Of a DNA stretch of 64,000 nt, positions 59,655-64,000 are shown in pieces. Location of the stretch: positions 115,546,397 through 115,610,396 of the forward strand of contig CM097887.1 in assembly GCA_044892525.1 (NCBI GenBank). The letters run 5' to 3'. The position numbers and the translations under genes were made by a program. The stretch is from Schmidtea polychroa (Eukaryota). A model generated the notes under the pieces. The model worked only from the letters and a program-made list of their open reading frames with translations. It searched no databases and had not been told where the DNA came from. Within the stretch, counting starts at the first letter, position 1, and every line of letters starts with the position of its first letter.

Positions 59655-60594
59655 TTCTACAAAATAATAATCAAGCCCCTCTATACTGATTGAGATACGA
59701 CGTCAACCACAAGATTTTGTTGACCCTTTTTCCCTTTTAAAAAAAAATATTTTATTTTAAGACTAACATCTATAAGCTTAGGAGCAGTGGAATAAAATTT
59801 CCTACTTTATCAAAACAAACACAAAAAAAAAAAATTTCGTCAAAATTCGTTTGTTTAAATCAATCATTTCCATTCAAAATTTTGTTTACCACTGAGTGGT
59901 AATTTTAATTACTATTTATAAATTTTAATTTATATGTTAATAAAATGTGAATTTTTTTTTTTTTAGATCGTCATTTTTAGGCCACTAAATTCGGGCACGC
60001 TGGGGCGACAGGTACTAGCAACGAACTAAGCTCTTCGTCTGCTTACCTTTCCTTCGGTTGTGCTCGTTATGAGTGGTTTGCTCTACATGCAAGTAATTTA
60101 TTTGATTTTTTTTACTTCCTTATTTTTTAGGCGATAACATTAGGAACCTCGATCGAGTAAGGGGAATATATTAGCTTGGAGTAGTCTTCCCATAGTTCTT
60201 CCCAGGGAATGACATTTCATGCCCAATATTTGATTTGGACCCGCAATTTGTCCCTCGCAGAAAATTGGAAATTTTTCGGGAATATTTGTATTCTGTATGT
60301 AGGTAAATCTCTGCGAATTATGGCTTATTTATTCAATTGCATGGTTCGCCGGAGTCATCCTCACCATCTCCTGGAAACTCTTGATTGTCATAGCCCCGTC
60401 TTGAATTTTTCCTTAAGGTTTCTCTGGGGGGGGGTGTTGCTAAATATAGATTTTCAGTTAGGAACGTTTTTATTGGGCAAAAGAATTGACTCCAAATCTA
60501 GATATGGGGAAAAAATCAATAATTGATTTTTTGCTTTCCTAGTAAGTAATACTAATTATGATCATAACCGTAAAAATGGTGATAACGAGGATAA

Positions 60595-60750
60595 CAAATG
60601 ATCGTAGTGGTAATAATAATAATAGTAATAGTCATAATAACAATAATGATAATAATAATAATGAGAACAATAAGGATAGCAATAAGAACAATAATAGCAA
60701 TAATAATAGTAATAATGATAATGGCAACAATAATAATAATAGTGATAATA
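60595..60750. repeat. (AAT/AAC)-rich low-complexity tract
   Basis: Imperfect trinucleotide repeats. Confidence 0.85.
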
Positions 60751-60779
60751 TAACTTTATATTTTACCATTCGTATTTTG

Positions 60780-61460
60780 GCTTTCACAATTTAGGGATTC
60801 ATATTTTATGAGTTCGAGGGTTACATTTTGCACTTTACAGGTTTTCGTCTACGATTTTCAATTTTTTTATCTTACAGTTTATAAATTCATACTTTAGAAG
60901 TTCTCATCATACACTTTATAATTTATAAATTGTTTATTTAACATTTTACCATTTTATATTTTTTACTTCCTAATTTTCTATTTTCAGATTTATAGTTTCA
61001 TGGTCTACCATTTAGAATTTGGATTCTTGATTTATGATTATATGGTTTAAAATTTTTTGTTCAATATTTTACGACGTTATGTTTTCGACTTAATGGTTAT
61101 GATTTATACAATTATAGTCTACTATTTAGAAATTTAGATTTTTACTTTATGATTATATAGTTTTTGCTGACAATTTATATTCAACATTTTACGATCTTAC
61201 ATTTCAGACTTCATCGTTATGATTTGCCCTTTTATGATCTACAGTTTAGATTTTTGATCCATAGTTGTATAGTTTATAACTTATAATACTATATTCGGTA
61301 TTTTAGACTTTATGATTATACTTTACACTTTTAAAGTCTACAATTTAGAAATTTAGGTTTTTGATTTATAGTTGGTAGTTTTATATTCAGTAATTTACGG
61401 TTTTAGGTCTATAATTTATCAATATAATTATCTCCAAGCTATTATAGTTATTTATAAAAG
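60780..61460. repeat. Degenerate T-rich tandem repeat, ~115-120-bp period
   Basis: Recurring TTTAGAA(A)TTT.GATT.TT.A.TTTATGATTATAT.GTTT and TTCAA.ATTTTACGA. Confidence 0.6.
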
Positions 61461-61776
61461 TTATAATCAATTATTTATACCTTTAGGAATATGTTACAGT
61501 GAGAATTTAGATTCGGGATTCTTTTAAATTTATAACTTTTTCCCTTACGTTGGATTCATTAAGTCGGTGATTTATTCACAGGTCTATCCAAATTTAGGCT
61601 CTACTTAGACATAGGCCGAAGAATTTTACCATTTCTATTATTCCAATTACCATGGGCTCCTATTACCAAACCTAATTCGGCATATGTCCAAGTGTACCAA
61701 AATATTATTATTGATCAACCAACTACATTAATGTGCTTGCAGAATTGTGTAAGTTTAGGTATGAGCTCTACTCAAT

Positions 61777-62169
61777 TTAGGACCTTAGTGTGGAGTCGTT
61801 GTTTATGATTTTGAATGTGGATTTTTCATGTGTATTAAACGAAAGTCGGGAAGAATATTGCTTCCATGGCCCCACTGTGACCACTTCTACAAACCTTAGT
61901 GTTGTGTGCTGAGTCAACCATTTACGGTTGACCTTGAATAAATACAAAGAGTCAGGCGGAGGGTTTCCTCGACCTAACTCCATGGCAGGACCATGAAGTA
62001 GTTCGACCTCCGGCTGACCCGAACAAAAAGAAAGCATATAATAAATATCACTATAATAATGATAATGCGTGTCTGCATGTCCTGTTAATAACGATTTTAA
62101 TAAATTGGATGCAGGACTGAACAACGACGCAGGAATACCAGTACGCCGTTGATCACTCATACATCGCAA
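61777..62169 (-). CDS. Hypothetical protein fragment
   Basis: 130-codon, relatively GC-rich frame (GPAMELGRGNPPPDSLYLFKVNRKW); no family recognised. Confidence 0.4.
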   Translation of the reverse strand: MRCMSDQRRTGIPASLFSPASNLLKSLLTGHADTHYHYYSDIYYMLSFCSGQPEVELLHGPAMELGRGNPPPDSLYLFKVNRKWLTQHTTLRFVEVVTVGPWKQYSSRLSFNTHEKSTFKIINNDSTLRS

Positions 62170-62269
62170 AAAATTTTAAGCAAAAATAAATTTAAAATAC
62201 CATCTATATAATTAAACAATTAATATACAAATAAAGATCAATGCTTACTATCGATTTTGGAAATTTCGT

Positions 62270-62585
62270 CACAAAAATTTGGCATAAAAAGTGATTGATT
62301 GTGACTGAAACGTGTCAGTATATATACCTATTTAGTACACGTGTATGTATTGATGCATTAAAACAAACTCGAATTCTTTTTATTCCAGAATTTTCTATTT
62401 TACGATTTTGCTATTTTTAATGGCAATTTTTGTGCCATAATTTTTGTTTTTATTTTTATATTTTTATTTTTTAATTATTTTTCATTAATTTTACGTCCAT
62501 GATGGATTTGGAACGGTTCCAGAACATTCTATTTTACTTTTAATTTAATTTTTATTTTAACTGATGTTTTTATGAATTCTTTTTG

Positions 62586-62619
<34 letters not shown>

Positions 62620-62992
62620 CTAATTTATTTATTTTCCTTAACTTTTGTTGTTCTAGATAACTTTTGTGATGGTCATCGCCATTTTTATAGAATGTTCTGG
62701 GTTTTTCTGGAATGTTTTACTGTTTTTATCGTCTTTTAAGTTATTCGAGTCTGTTTTTTGTAACTCTGTGTTTATTTGGTTATTTTTGAGTTAGATTTTT
62801 GCATCACTTCTTGCTTTTGTATAATTTTGTTTAATTTCTTTGTTTATGTTTTTGTTGCTTTCTCCTTTAGTTAATATTGTTTATTTGATGTAATTTTAAT
62901 ATTTAGCTAAACGTCTTGCTTTTGCATGTTGTGTACCTGCACCTTTCAGTCACAATTCAAGTTTGGGTCTAGAAGTCAGTTCTAGCCCAACA
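62270..62992 (-). repeat. Inverted copy of the 56223-56970 repeat, with an internal poly-T run
   Basis: Same anchors as the 56.2 kb copy, on the opposite strand. Confidence 0.85.
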
Positions 62993-63347
62993 TAAAACAC
63001 TCGGGGGCCCATAAAATTGCGACCCGCAATTTAAATCACAAGATGAAGAAAATTATTTTTCAGAATACTTGCACTATATTACAAGTGCCTACATGCAAAT
63101 TGGGTCTACGAGCTACAGGGTCGTGACCTCAATACCCACATACATAAAAAGGCTACTATTATACTACATTCTACGGATGGGTTGAAAGATGAAGAAAAAG
63201 AACGACCGAGGTCGGTCCACACAAAAATAAAATTATCATGCTCAAGAATCAATGTTATTAGTCACAATCAGTCTCAGTCTTTGAAATCATGATTGTTTGA
63301 TAATGTTTTATAATGTCATGAAATGTTTATACTGTCGTGATGTCACA

Positions 63348-64000
63348 TTAATAAAATTCGGTTGTTCGGGATCTCGTCTCGATGACGGCTCTGGTTTCAA
63401 TGTTTGGGGAAGATTTGAAGTAGCTTGGTTGGTTCGTTGTTTGGACTAGCTGTTCTTCCATTGGGATACGAATACTTCTTGATTGTTCCTTTAGTTTGAG
63501 GGTTTTGTTTCTTTCTTTACTGGAATTGGGTTTGAGTGCAATCAGGCTCAGTACGGTGATGTTTATCATTAGGCTCGCCGCTAATAGGATCAATATTGTG
63601 AGGGATTCAGACTCTCTCGGTTCTATTACTTTGGGTTTGTTCATAATTTCTTTTAATTGGGTTGTATCCGCCGTTTCTGATTTTTCGGGCTTATTGAATT
63701 TGTTTTCTTCTGAGGTGACAACTTTCTTTATTGCCTCAAGGGTTTTAATCATCTTCTCGGAGTTCGTTGGGTTTTTGTTTATGGTAGTTAGGATTTCCCT
63801 TGTCATTTCTTTCAAGGTTTTCGTTACCTCATTTTTAATGCTGGGTTCCTCTTTGATGATGGAAGTTATTTTTCCTTTCATTTCCTCCAAAGATTTTACT
63901 ACTGTTTCGCAATTGCTTGAACGTCCATAGGCGGTTGCTGTTACCTGTTGTTTTATTTCCTCTAATATTATTACCATCATTCTCATTGCGGCTGGATCTG
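63348..64000 (-). CDS. C-terminal part of a helical protein with one transmembrane segment; runs off the window
   Basis: Frame open to the window edge; hydrophobic LTILILLAASLMINITVLSLIAL followed by a basic tail. Confidence 0.6.
   Translation of the reverse strand, partial: DPAAMRMMVIILEEIKQQVTATAYGRSSNCETVVKSLEEMKGKITSIIKEEPSIKNEVTKTLKEMTREILTTINKNPTNSEKMIKTLEAIKKVVTSEENKFNKPEKSETADTTQLKEIMNKPKVIEPRESESLTILILLAASLMINITVLSLIALKPNSSKERNKTLKLKEQSRSIRIPMEEQLVQTTNQPSYFKSSPNIETRAVIETRSRTTEFY

Noticed and set aside
60558-60794. Poly-Asn ORF
   Set aside because: Translation of an (AAT)n-like tract.
62258-62325. GTCACAA...TTGTGAC-TGAAACGTGTC-AGTAT, the 3' half of a hammerhead
   Set aside because: No CUGANGA core upstream, and the homologous position in the 56.9 kb repeat copy is further degraded.

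Overview
Very AT-rich, gene-poor eukaryotic window with assembly gaps, dominated by nested and mostly decayed transposons. From memory of similar repeat and gene families (no search run), it most resembles a large-genome microsporidian such as Hamiltosporidium; this is inference only. DNA transposons: an intact Buster/SPIN-type hAT (22850-25272, 616-aa ORF, perfect 8-bp TSD) inserted into a dead Ty3/Gypsy element, a frameshifted ZMYM1-like hAT, four hAT MITEs with TSDs, a pogo/Tigger MITE and pseudogene, and piggyBac, BED-hAT and IS630/Tc1 fragments. Retroelements: Penelope-like (GIY-YIG) remnants and probable LINE ends. Only one sizeable host-like ORF (15476-16630). Two observations stand out. 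(1) An intact minimal type I hammerhead ribozyme (13005-13046) lies just downstream of a perfect 12-nt U1 snRNA 5'-end match and a GNRA hairpin; the U1 match could instead be an antisense splice donor. (2) A ~150-nt structured element occurs three times (30.7, 45.9, 58.3 kb) with compensatory base changes and two mutually exclusive folds. Two of the three copies sit at the 3' end of cassettes encoding a shared orphan coiled-coil protein with a TWFSP motif (one cassette also has an AT-hook ORF), suggesting a non-autonomous, cargo-carrying retroelement family. A 47-bp minisatellite with higher-order structure and a diverged ~750-bp inverted repeat pair are also present.
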